The notes under the pieces were generated by a model that ran no database searches, had not been told where the DNA came from, and worked only from the letters and a program-made list of their open reading frames with translations. A stretch of 64,000 nt of DNA from Candidatus Zixiibacteriota bacterium (GTDB lineage Bacteria > Zixibacteria > MSB-5A5 > UBA10806 > 4484-95), in the NCBI GenBank assembly GCA_021159005.1, contig JAGGSN010000078.1, positions 8,489 to 72,488 on the forward strand. Reading direction: 5' to 3'. Position numbers and translations under genes: made by a program. Positions 36,703 to 45,376 of this stretch are shown here, in pieces. Numbering within the stretch: the first letter of the stretch is position 1; every line of letters starts with the position of its first letter.

Positions 36703-37274
36703 TATAAATAAAGCTGATGCTTTTTAATATATTTCTCAATTTCAACAGGAACAAGGTACGAAATTGATTTCCCCTCTTTAACCAGCCGGCGAATCATGGT
36801 AGACGAAACATCAATCTGAGGCATATCGAAAAGAGCAATCCTGCTGCTGTAAATACCCTCAGGATGACTATCAGGCCTTTTCGCCGCAACTACTTCAACG
36901 GTAGAAAATATCTCCTCGGGGTCTTTCCATGTTTCCATATCAGAGATATTATCGCCGCCGATTATCAGATACAGTTTCGCTTCAGGATATAAGGATTTTA
37001 GCTCAGTTAAAGTGTCGCATGTATATGACAATCCAGGACGTTTAATCTCAATATCTGATATTTCGAATCGATTATCTTTCTCGATAGCTAATTGCATCAT
37101 CCGGAAACGTGATTCGACAGAAATGATATCTCTATTTTGTTTATGCGGCTGTTTGGCAGCGGGGATAAATAGTATTTTTTCAAGCTGATAATGTTCTAAT
37201 GCCGATTGAGCCAGTATCAAATGACCGATATGCGGCGGGTTGAAAGTGCCGCCCAATACCCCAAGTTTAGTCAT
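36702..37274 (-). CDS. nadD: Nicotinate-nucleotide adenylyltransferase
   Basis: 'GVLGGTFNPPHIGHL' (HxGH nucleotidyltransferase motif). 190 aa. Confidence 0.9.
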   Translation of the reverse strand: MTKLGVLGGTFNPPHIGHLILAQSALEHYQLEKILFIPAAKQPHKQNRDIISVESRFRMMQLAIEKDNRFEISDIEIKRPGLSYTCDTLTELKSLYPEAKLYLIIGGDNISDMETWKDPEEIFSTVEVVAAKRPDSHPEGIYSSRIALFDMPQIDVSSTMIRRLVKEGKSISYLVPVEIEKYIKKHQLYL

Positions 37275-37275
37275 T

Positions 37276-38034
37276 TTAGTTTTCGCTGCTTTTATTTTTT
37301 TCTGTTATCTGCTCAATTTTCTTTTTAGCTTTCGAGGCAAATTCATGATCCGAAAAACCGATGAGGAAATTATCAAATGTTGTCAGCGCTTCCTCATAGC
37401 GCCCTAATTTCATCTGGGCTTCTCCGGTATAATAAAACGCCTGTATCGCCCAGTCGGTGGCGGAATAATTGTCTCGTACATACTTAAAATAGGTTAAAGC
37501 CGATTCATAGTTGCCCATCTTTAAATAAAGTATGCCGGCTTTAAATTTCTTTTTTGCCAGTTTGTTCTCAAGCTCTTTGATTTTGGCTGCTGCCAGCTCT
37601 CGATAAGGACTGCCGGGATAATTGACTATTAAATACCTGAACTCATCTAATGCCAGATACGTTTCCTGCTGATCAAGTTGATATTTCGGCGACATTTTAT
37701 AATGACACATTCCCACCTGAAACTGAGCATCATCTGTAAATTCCGATTGCGGATATGCCGAAAGCAAACGTTTAAACTCGCCGGCGGCTATTCCATACTC
37801 TTTCTGATTGAAATAACACATCCCCAAATAATATTGGGCAGTGTCAATTGCAGAATTCCCCGGATAAGTATATATTAAGTTTTCAAAAGCTACTTGAGCT
37901 TTAAATGATTTGTTTTTATCGTACAACTGTTTTGCATATTTAAATTGTTCTGAAGCGGATGTTATCGGCTGTGGTTTATTTCCACAACCTGCTGCTATCA
38001 ATAAAAGTAATACAAAACCTGTAATGTATCTCAC
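37276..38034 (-). CDS. bamD: Outer-membrane protein assembly factor BamD-like TPR lipoprotein
   Basis: Lipobox 'IAAGC', five TPR-like repeats, about 250 aa. Confidence 0.6.
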   Translation of the reverse strand: MRYITGFVLLLLIAAGCGNKPQPITSASEQFKYAKQLYDKNKSFKAQVAFENLIYTYPGNSAIDTAQYYLGMCYFNQKEYGIAAGEFKRLLSAYPQSEFTDDAQFQVGMCHYKMSPKYQLDQQETYLALDEFRYLIVNYPGSPYRELAAAKIKELENKLAKKKFKAGILYLKMGNYESALTYFKYVRDNYSATDWAIQAFYYTGEAQMKLGRYEEALTTFDNFLIGFSDHEFASKAKKKIEQITEKNKSSEN

Positions 38035-38046
38035 AACTTAATCCTC

Positions 38047-38688
38047 CTACCTATTAATAAAGAACAAGTAAATCAATCCGCCGATTGCCGCAGTAACTGC
38101 CAGTGGTTCTAAATATCTTTCCGCGCCTCCAATTGAAGCAGTCGGCGACAGCTCTTTATACCTAACGCTGGCGATATAGTTCTTATACTGAGGCAATACT
38201 TCATCAGAACCGGAAAACTCTTTGAAATCAACATAGCTGTAATCAGGTCCCGATATATCAATTATAATTTGGCCTGAAAGCTCGCGGCGAATATAAGGTT
38301 TGTTGAAAAAGCCTCTTGATTTGCCCTTAATATATTTGAAATCAAAGGCGCTTAAGGTTGTTATAAGCCTGTAATATTGCCCCTCTACTTTATTTGTGTC
38401 GCTTATAATAAACCATCCGGAGCTAACCAGCGCTGATTTTACAGCCCTAACAACAAGCATATTCAATCCGCTTGTCGGCACTATCTCAATCTGTGAGGGG
38501 ACAAGCTTTAAGCTGTCGAATAGCTCAACGGCAGATTCGGCAATAGCTTTAGCTGCAAATTGCTCGTTAGTTGACGGCAGTTCCGCCATAGCACTCGACA
38601 CAATAAACAAAACAAGCATTCCTGCAAGCAAATTGATTATGCCATATTTGCCAGTGTATGGGGTATATTGCCGCTTGCTGTTTATCAA
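38047..38688 (-). CDS. Hypothetical exported protein
   Basis: 213 aa with an N-terminal hydrophobic anchor. Lies between bamD and rimO. Confidence 0.4.
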   Translation of the reverse strand: MINSKRQYTPYTGKYGIINLLAGMLVLFIVSSAMAELPSTNEQFAAKAIAESAVELFDSLKLVPSQIEIVPTSGLNMLVVRAVKSALVSSGWFIISDTNKVEGQYYRLITTLSAFDFKYIKGKSRGFFNKPYIRRELSGQIIIDISGPDYSYVDFKEFSGSDEVLPQYKNYIASVRYKELSPTASIGGAERYLEPLAVTAAIGGLIYLFFINR

Positions 38689-38690
38689 CT

Positions 38691-39980
38691 TTATATTCCC
38701 TTAATAATGTTTGCGCTATCAATATCCATAATTTCAGCTTCAACGAATTGCCCCGGCGTTATATCATGCCTTGCCGGGATGTTATAAAACCCATCGATTT
38801 CCGGCGCCTGACGGCAAGACCTTGCCTCATAAAATCCTGAGTTCTCAGCTGATTGTGATTCTATCAACAGTTTTTGCTTTTTTCCTATCTGTATTATAGC
38901 TCTATCCTCCGAAATCTCCTCGGCGATATTATAAAGCATCTCAAGTTTTTCCTCAGCCATTTGCGGGTCGAATTTTTCCTCAAGCGATATTGCCGCCGTA
39001 TTTTCCTCGGGACTGTAGCAAAAAATACCGAGATAGTCAAACTTTATCTCCTCAATGAAATCAACCAGCTCCTTGAAATCATCATCGGTCTCGCCCGGAA
39101 ATCCGACCATTAATGTTGTACGTAAAGATATATTTTTATCGACATTTCGCAATTGTTTTATTATATGTTTGATTTTTTCTGTTCCGCAATGACGATTCAT
39201 CAAACTGAGAATCTTGTCGGAGATATGCTGAATCGGAAGGTCGATATAACGGCAAACCTTTTCAATCTCGAATAGCCTGCTTATAAGATTATCATCGAGA
39301 TGAGCCGGATGAGCATACATAATTCTTATCCATTCGATGCCGTCAATATCTGAAACCATCCGGCACAAATCAGCCAAATCCAAACCACCTTTAAGGTCTT
39401 TACCATAGAGTGTCGTATCCTGAGCAACAAATATTATTTCCTTGATGCCCTTGTTTGCCAGCAATTCAACCTCATCAATGATTAACTTGTGAGGGATACT
39501 TCTATATGACCCTCTGATAAGCGGGATGGTACAGTAGCTGCAGCGATTATTACAGCCATCCGAGATTTTCACATAGGCATAGGGAGTATTCTCAACAACC
39601 CTGTTAAAAATCAGGTTATTACAGCATACATTCCTTTTGCCAGTAACGAATTTCAGCAGTTTATCAACCTGATTTAAACCAAATGCCGCATCGATACTCG
39701 GGCTAACGCGTTTAATATCATAAATAGAGGGGTAACAGCCGACTGCAATGAGCTTGACGCCATTTTTTTTATATGGCACCAATTCATTAATTTCGCCTAA
39801 TGTTTCCTGACGGGCTTGCTCTATGAAAGCGCAAGTGTTGACAATCAGATAATCGGCTAAATCGGGATATGGATTTTCGGTAAATCCCAAGCTGTTTAAA
39901 GCGCCGCGAATATAGTTGCCATCAACCTGATTTTTAGGGCAGCCGAGATTTAAAAAATAATAGCTATTACCTGTCCTCAT
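38691..39980 (-). CDS. rimO: Ribosomal protein S12 methylthiotransferase
   Basis: MTTase N-domain 'LGCPKNQVD', radical-SAM 'CNNRCSYC', C-terminal TRAM domain. 429 aa. Confidence 0.8.
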   Translation of the reverse strand: MRTGNSYYFLNLGCPKNQVDGNYIRGALNSLGFTENPYPDLADYLIVNTCAFIEQARQETLGEINELVPYKKNGVKLIAVGCYPSIYDIKRVSPSIDAAFGLNQVDKLLKFVTGKRNVCCNNLIFNRVVENTPYAYVKISDGCNNRCSYCTIPLIRGSYRSIPHKLIIDEVELLANKGIKEIIFVAQDTTLYGKDLKGGLDLADLCRMVSDIDGIEWIRIMYAHPAHLDDNLISRLFEIEKVCRYIDLPIQHISDKILSLMNRHCGTEKIKHIIKQLRNVDKNISLRTTLMVGFPGETDDDFKELVDFIEEIKFDYLGIFCYSPEENTAAISLEEKFDPQMAEEKLEMLYNIAEEISEDRAIIQIGKKQKLLIESQSAENSGFYEARSCRQAPEIDGFYNIPARHDITPGQFVEAEIMDIDSANIIKGI

Positions 39981-40818
39981 CCAACTCGATTTCTATTTTA
40001 GATTGAATATTTACCGGAATATCATTGCCTATCCCCTCCGGAAAACCAAAAGCGGACAGGCTTAAAAAAGCATCAATGTCGAAATCCCCCGAGTTCTTAA
40101 TTATCCGTTTGTTGGCATTATCAGTATAGAATTCACCACCGCCATTAAGGCTAATAAGTTTATCGGTTGATAAACCATCAATGGTAAAACTGAAATGATA
40201 ATAATTATCGTATTCGCCAATCCCTTTACTATTATACAGATACTCAAATTGAGATTGAATCTCTGTGAGTTTATTCTTTTGCATCTCGAATTTAAAACTT
40301 AGCGAATCATCCCAATTATATCCTTCATTTATGGCATCATCCGGGTAGGTTGGAAAAAACAGCTTGGTTGTCAGTGCGCCCTGCTGTGCCGCAGTAGTAT
40401 CTTTCCCGAAAAAATCTACTATTTCACCTCTTGGGGTAATGATAAAAACATACTCGGAACCAGGTTTTGCCGCTCCCCAATTTGAACCATCATCGACAAA
40501 CACGCTGTCGCCAGCAATCATGACTGCGGAAATTTTCCTGAAAACAGCTTTTATCTTGGCGTTTTTATCAGGCATAACAGATTCAGTTATAAGCTCGATT
40601 TTTATAATAATGTTATGGGTTATATTATCTATATTAAAAAGCTGAGCGAGACTCTTGTGTTCCGTGAATTCAATCCGGCTATCAATCTTTATTGTGTAAT
40701 TAGAAGTATCATTTTCGGTAAAATTATAACGAAACTTTTCATCTGCATCGCTGATTTGAAAAAGAAACAAGACTGCCAATAAGATAATAATTATATATTT
40801 GATATTATTTGCTTTCAT
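39967..40818 (-). CDS. Hypothetical secreted protein
   Basis: 283 aa with signal peptide. No recognised domain. Confidence 0.4.
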   Translation of the reverse strand: MKANNIKYIIIILLAVLFLFQISDADEKFRYNFTENDTSNYTIKIDSRIEFTEHKSLAQLFNIDNITHNIIIKIELITESVMPDKNAKIKAVFRKISAVMIAGDSVFVDDGSNWGAAKPGSEYVFIITPRGEIVDFFGKDTTAAQQGALTTKLFFPTYPDDAINEGYNWDDSLSFKFEMQKNKLTEIQSQFEYLYNSKGIGEYDNYYHFSFTIDGLSTDKLISLNGGGEFYTDNANKRIIKNSGDFDIDAFLSLSAFGFPEGIGNDIPVNIQSKIEIELDEDR

Positions 40819-40826
40819 GGTTACAC

Positions 40827-41471
40827 CTATTCGTTAAGATCGATAATTTCAATATTTTCAGGCGTGTTAGTTAGAAAATTATCCGCCGGAATCTGCCGTG
40901 TAAATGATTCATCTAAAATTTCATAAATAACAAGGTTTTCATTTAGATCAGGATATTCAACCCGCTTAACTTCACCGTTTTCATTAAAACTAATCGACAA
41001 GCTGTCAGGTTCAATAGATTGATCTACTCGTTTTAAATCAAGCCTGCCATTGTCAATAGCGACAACCTGATAAAAGGTCTGAGCGCTGTCAATAAAGTCA
41101 AACGGATTGAATACGCGTCCGCCGATATTTTTTTGAATCTGCTTATGCTTTGGCCGATATGTCCATAAGGTATCCTCGATAGCATATACTTCCTGATTGG
41201 CGGTTTTGATAAACAGGCTATGAGGTTTATTAAAATAGAATTTCACTAATGTTGTTTCCGGCTCATCAAAAATAGGCGAGATTGTAACTTGGCGAATTTC
41301 CCAATATATGGATTGCCTGTTATAGTAATGCTTTTGCAGTGCATCAGGAAATTCTGCAGTATATAGCATTACAGCAGGTAAAAATATCATAGCCGTTATG
41401 CTTAAAACCATAAGGGCAGCTCTTCTTTTCAGGTGGTACTTGCGGGTATGATTAATTGTGTTGTCTTTCAT
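40827..41471 (-). CDS. LolA-like periplasmic lipoprotein-carrier fold protein (putative)
   Basis: About 210 aa with an N-terminal signal/anchor. Position immediately after ftsK matches the conserved ftsK-lolA synteny. Confidence 0.35.
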   Translation of the reverse strand: MKDNTINHTRKYHLKRRAALMVLSITAMIFLPAVMLYTAEFPDALQKHYYNRQSIYWEIRQVTISPIFDEPETTLVKFYFNKPHSLFIKTANQEVYAIEDTLWTYRPKHKQIQKNIGGRVFNPFDFIDSAQTFYQVVAIDNGRLDLKRVDQSIEPDSLSISFNENGEVKRVEYPDLNENLVIYEILDESFTRQIPADNFLTNTPENIEIIDLNE

Positions 41472-41552
41472 AGTTTTCCCAGTTGGTTCATCGTGTTTTA
41501 AACCCCCATTAGCTTATTTTGTTCTATTCAAACCCTATTCATTTTGGTTTTC

Positions 41553-41606
41553 AATCGCTGCTTGGCAACCAGAGGGCATATGCAATACGCCCCTACACGC
41601 TGTTTG
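41553..41606. repeat. Dispersed repeat family E
   Basis: 'CGCTGCTTGGCAACCAGAGGGCATATGCAATACGCCCCTACACGCTG'. Confidence 0.6.
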
Positions 41607-41716
41607 CTGTCAAATCTCAAGTCTTTGTGCGGCGGCATCCTCCATAGTTCGGATGCCACCCGCGAAAACTGCTGCAATTGGAATGTTATTTTAAGAATCA
41701 CTCTATTCAAACTCTA

Positions 41717-44011
41717 TTAGGCAACATGATTATCATAATCATCGAAATTATCTTTCAGGAATTGCTCATCCACCAAAACCTCTCGTGCCTTAGAGCCATC
41801 ATACGGACCGACAATACCCGCTTCTTCAAGCTGGTCAATTAACCGCGCTGCGCGCTGATAGCCAATTCCCAGCTTTCTCTGCAGAAGCGATACCGAACCC
41901 TGCTTATGCTTAATTACCGTTGCTATCGCTTCCTTGAATACTGCATCGGCAATAGGGTCATACTGGCTGATTTTACTGCTGTTCATCTCAAAGTTTTTAA
42001 TTCGAGTGGGTTCATATTCCTGGTCGCTAATCGACTTGCAGATAGCTTTGGTTTCGGCGCCTGAGATAAAAGCTCCGTGCACGCGTTTAGGTTCGGGATA
42101 GGCAGGATTCATATAGAGCAAGTCGCCGTTGCCCAAAAGTTTTTCGGCGCCGTTTATATCGAGGATTGTCCGCGAGTCGACTTTCGTAGCTACTTGAAAG
42201 GCTATACGCGTGCTGAAATTGGCTTTAATCAAACCGGTAATAACATCAACCGATGGGCGCTGAGTAGCTAAAATCAGATGAATTCCCACGGCTCGCGCCA
42301 TCTGCGCCAGACGAGTAATAAGCATCTCAATTCGCGCCGAACCGATCATCATTAAATCAGCCAGTTCATCGACTATTATTAGTACATAAGGAAGCGGTTC
42401 ATCTGATGTTATATTGTAATCCTTAATATTGCGCACGCCGATTTTAGCCAGCTTGCGATAGCGTTCTTCCATTTCGACAACCGCCTCGGCTAACACTTTT
42501 TCGGCATATTTCATCTCTGTTACAACCGGCTTTTCAAGGTGTTGAAGGTCGTTATATATCGATAATTCAAGCATCTTTGGATCAATAAGGATAAATCGCA
42601 GTTTGTCGGGTGAAATCTGGTACAGAAGGCTGGTTATAATGCAGTTTAAGCATACAGACTTGCCCGACCCGGTTGCGCCGGCAATCAAAAGATGCGGCAT
42701 TGTTGACAAGTCTACTACAAAGGCTTTACCGGCTGTAGTCTTACCCAAAGCCAAAGGCAGCACATAATCTGAATTCCGGAACTCATTAGAGGTTATAATA
42801 TCCTTAAGGTAAACAGTCTGGCCAATCCTATTGGGGATTTCAACGCCAATCGCCGATTTGCCGGGGATTGGGGCAATAATGCGAATGCGCTTGGCTTTCA
42901 TTGCCAATGCCAAATCATCAGCGAGATTTACAACCTGCGCTATTTTAACACCCGGCGCGGGTTTAAATTCAAATCTCGTTATTATAGGCCCAGGATAAAT
43001 CTCGACCTCATCTTTTGCCAGCTCTACTTTGAAAGTGCTGAGAGTGTTTTTTAATATCTCTGCTGTCTGATGCAATTCCTGTTCACTGACCACAGGCTCT
43101 TCGTCCGGTGATTCGTGAAGTAAATCCACCTCCGGGAATCTATACCCATTCTTGGATGATAATACTTTTTCATTTGGCGTTCCGGTATGATTATCTTGAG
43201 CTGTTTCATTTACAGCGTTATGTCCTTCGAGATTGCTCTCAGCTTCAGATTCAATAGGCAAAGCAAGCTGTTTTCCGGCAACAGTTTTCTTCTTCGGTTT
43301 TTTGATTCTTATAATTCTTTTTATCAATCCCGGCGATTGCGCATCATGGGATACGGATACATCTACTTTTTTGTCTGAACGCTTAAATGATTTTATCAGC
43401 TTAGGCAATCTGGCAAGCTGTTCTTTTATTGAGATGACTGCTCTTACTAAAAGCTTATTATGCCTGCTCAAGCTTGACGGCAAAATCAAGATAATACAGC
43501 CAAGAATCAATGATATTATTATCGTATATGAAAAAACCGTACCGGTAAGATAAATTAAAGCCTTAGCCGAAAAGCAGCCAATTGCGCCGCCCAGACCGGG
43601 TTCGCTTGTTATAAAAGGCTGATTAGCAGAGCTTAAGGAAAATAACGCGCCAACAAGATACAAAAAAAACGATATAAAACCAATCTTGCGAAAAATCGGC
43701 ATAAGGTCTCTGGAAAATATATATGCATAGCCAACAGCCCAAATTCCAAGCGGAAGACAAAATGCGATATAGCCAAATACCATCAGTAAGAAATAAGCAA
43801 TGAATACGCCCAGAATACCGCCTTTATTTTGGATTGGCGAGGTTAACAGGTCGTTTAGTTCGCCATTAGAAAATGCTTTTATAAGCAGTGTCGTATCATT
43901 GGCTTGGTTGTGAGTAACTAAGCTTATAGCGATTAGCAAACCGCATAACAATAATAATAGACCCAGAATACGGTTCCGTTTCACTAAATCAATCTTTTTC
44001 TTTTTTGCCAT
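41717..44011 (-). CDS. ftsK: DNA translocase FtsK
   Basis: N-terminal TM helices, Walker A 'AGATGSGKS', and a C-terminal gamma winged-helix domain '...SVSLLQRKLGIGYQRAARLIDQLEEAGIVGP'. Confidence 0.95.
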   Translation of the reverse strand: MAKKKKIDLVKRNRILGLLLLLCGLLIAISLVTHNQANDTTLLIKAFSNGELNDLLTSPIQNKGGILGVFIAYFLLMVFGYIAFCLPLGIWAVGYAYIFSRDLMPIFRKIGFISFFLYLVGALFSLSSANQPFITSEPGLGGAIGCFSAKALIYLTGTVFSYTIIISLILGCIILILPSSLSRHNKLLVRAVISIKEQLARLPKLIKSFKRSDKKVDVSVSHDAQSPGLIKRIIRIKKPKKKTVAGKQLALPIESEAESNLEGHNAVNETAQDNHTGTPNEKVLSSKNGYRFPEVDLLHESPDEEPVVSEQELHQTAEILKNTLSTFKVELAKDEVEIYPGPIITRFEFKPAPGVKIAQVVNLADDLALAMKAKRIRIIAPIPGKSAIGVEIPNRIGQTVYLKDIITSNEFRNSDYVLPLALGKTTAGKAFVVDLSTMPHLLIAGATGSGKSVCLNCIITSLLYQISPDKLRFILIDPKMLELSIYNDLQHLEKPVVTEMKYAEKVLAEAVVEMEERYRKLAKIGVRNIKDYNITSDEPLPYVLIIVDELADLMMIGSARIEMLITRLAQMARAVGIHLILATQRPSVDVITGLIKANFSTRIAFQVATKVDSRTILDINGAEKLLGNGDLLYMNPAYPEPKRVHGAFISGAETKAICKSISDQEYEPTRIKNFEMNSSKISQYDPIADAVFKEAIATVIKHKQGSVSLLQRKLGIGYQRAARLIDQLEEAGIVGPYDGSKAREVLVDEQFLKDNFDDYDNHVA

Positions 44012-44044
44012 AGAGTAATATACTAATATGCTTTTACTGATGTG

Positions 44045-44926
44045 TCAATTTTTATTTCCCAGTCTCCTCGATGGCAGAGCAGAAATAACCAATGCCAAAA
44101 ATATTAAAAATCCGCCGATGGCTTTTGATGTTTCATAATATTCCCTGCCAAGAGTCCAGGCAAATATTACGGCGAATACCGGCTCGAATGCCAGTATCAG
44201 CGACACTGTAATTGGCGCGGTAAATCTTTGCGCCGCAAGCTGAATAACAAACGCCGACAGGGTCGGAAAAAGGGCAAGGAATAGAATCACCCAAATAACA
44301 TTAATATCAGCTACAGTAAACGGCAGTTTAAAAATAAGTCCGGTCAGTAAACTGGCTAAGCCTACAAATAAAAACTGCTGAAAATTCAGAATATAAGGAT
44401 CAAGACCGTTTTTAACATATCTATCAGCAAATAAGATATGAATAGCATAAGCCATCGCAGATAACAAAGTGATTATATCACCGGTATTAACATTTTTAAG
44501 ACCGCCTGTTAATACCAATAAACCGGTTAGCGATACTATCGTGGCGATTATTCCTGTCAGGGCAGGCTTTTTCTTGAAAAACAGTATCGAAAATAGCGGT
44601 ACAAAAGCGACAAAAAAACCGGTTATCAAGCCGGAGTTGGCGGCGGTGGTAATTTTTAGACCGAGTGTCTGGGCGATATACAACACCCAGATGAAAAAAC
44701 CCAGAATCAAACCTTCCTTTAGATGTTTAAACAGCGTTTTTTTTTGATATATAAGAACTCCGGCTAAGATAATAGCGGCAATAATAAACCGATAAGCAAC
44801 AAGAACAACCGGATTAATACTAATAAGGCTTTGCTTGACAAGGAAAAATGTTGAGCCCCATACAGCGGCTGTATAGAATAAGCCGATATTAGCCAATGGT
44901 GATTTGTATCTTGCCCTTTTTATCAT
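44045..44926 (-). CDS. EamA/DMT-family transporter
   Basis: 293 aa with 10 TM helices. Duplicated EamA-like halves. Confidence 0.7.
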   Translation of the reverse strand: MIKRARYKSPLANIGLFYTAAVWGSTFFLVKQSLISINPVVLVAYRFIIAAIILAGVLIYQKKTLFKHLKEGLILGFFIWVLYIAQTLGLKITTAANSGLITGFFVAFVPLFSILFFKKKPALTGIIATIVSLTGLLVLTGGLKNVNTGDIITLLSAMAYAIHILFADRYVKNGLDPYILNFQQFLFVGLASLLTGLIFKLPFTVADINVIWVILFLALFPTLSAFVIQLAAQRFTAPITVSLILAFEPVFAVIFAWTLGREYYETSKAIGGFLIFLALVISALPSRRLGNKN

Positions 44927-45006
44927 GGTATTTATTAATATTGCTTTGACGCAAATTATTCAATGAAAATATTGCCGGGGTTTCCCCGACAGATGTCATT
45001 CCTTTT

Positions 45007-45032
45007 GCTGTCGGAAGTTACTTCCGACAGCA
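45007..45032. repeat. Repeat family C (perfect palindrome GCTGTCGGAAGTTACTTCCGACAGC)
   Basis: See 21071-21105. Confidence 0.65.
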
Positions 45033-45138
45033 ATGCCATTGCAATAGTTTTATTAAACCACATTATTTATAAAAAATGTTAACCCGCATTATTCATAAAC
45101 TCTTTAGGGCAATGCAACAGTATGCCAATATGTCATTG

Positions 45139-45218
45139 CTCCGCCTATGGCGGACGCCAAACGGACAACATCCTGAGGGGCGCCTGCACACGCAAGTCTC
45201 AGCGTCAGGATGTTGTCC
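45139..45218. repeat. Family G-like core plus a 14-bp perfect inverted repeat
   Basis: 'CTCCGCCTATGGCGGACG', then GGACAACATCCTGA (45163-45176) paired with TCAGGATGTTGTCC (45205-45218) across a 28-nt loop. Confidence 0.5.
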
Positions 45219-45376
45219 CTTCCATCCTGACGCATGAATTAGTCAGTTTGTAGATCAAAACCCTCCTTGTGGTTTTGACTATCGATGTATCGAATCCGGT
45301 AGGTCAATTCATCTCAAGCGGACTTGAGGCTTGACCGAATGCAACCGATGCTTCAGTTTGTTGACAAAACAGCTTC

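Noticed and set aside
41528-41710. 60-aa minus-strand ORF upstream of ftsK
   Set aside because: It is the translation of the family-E repeat ('QRVGAYCICPLVAKQ') and shares that segment with ORF 33125-33334. It is an artefact of the dispersed repeat.
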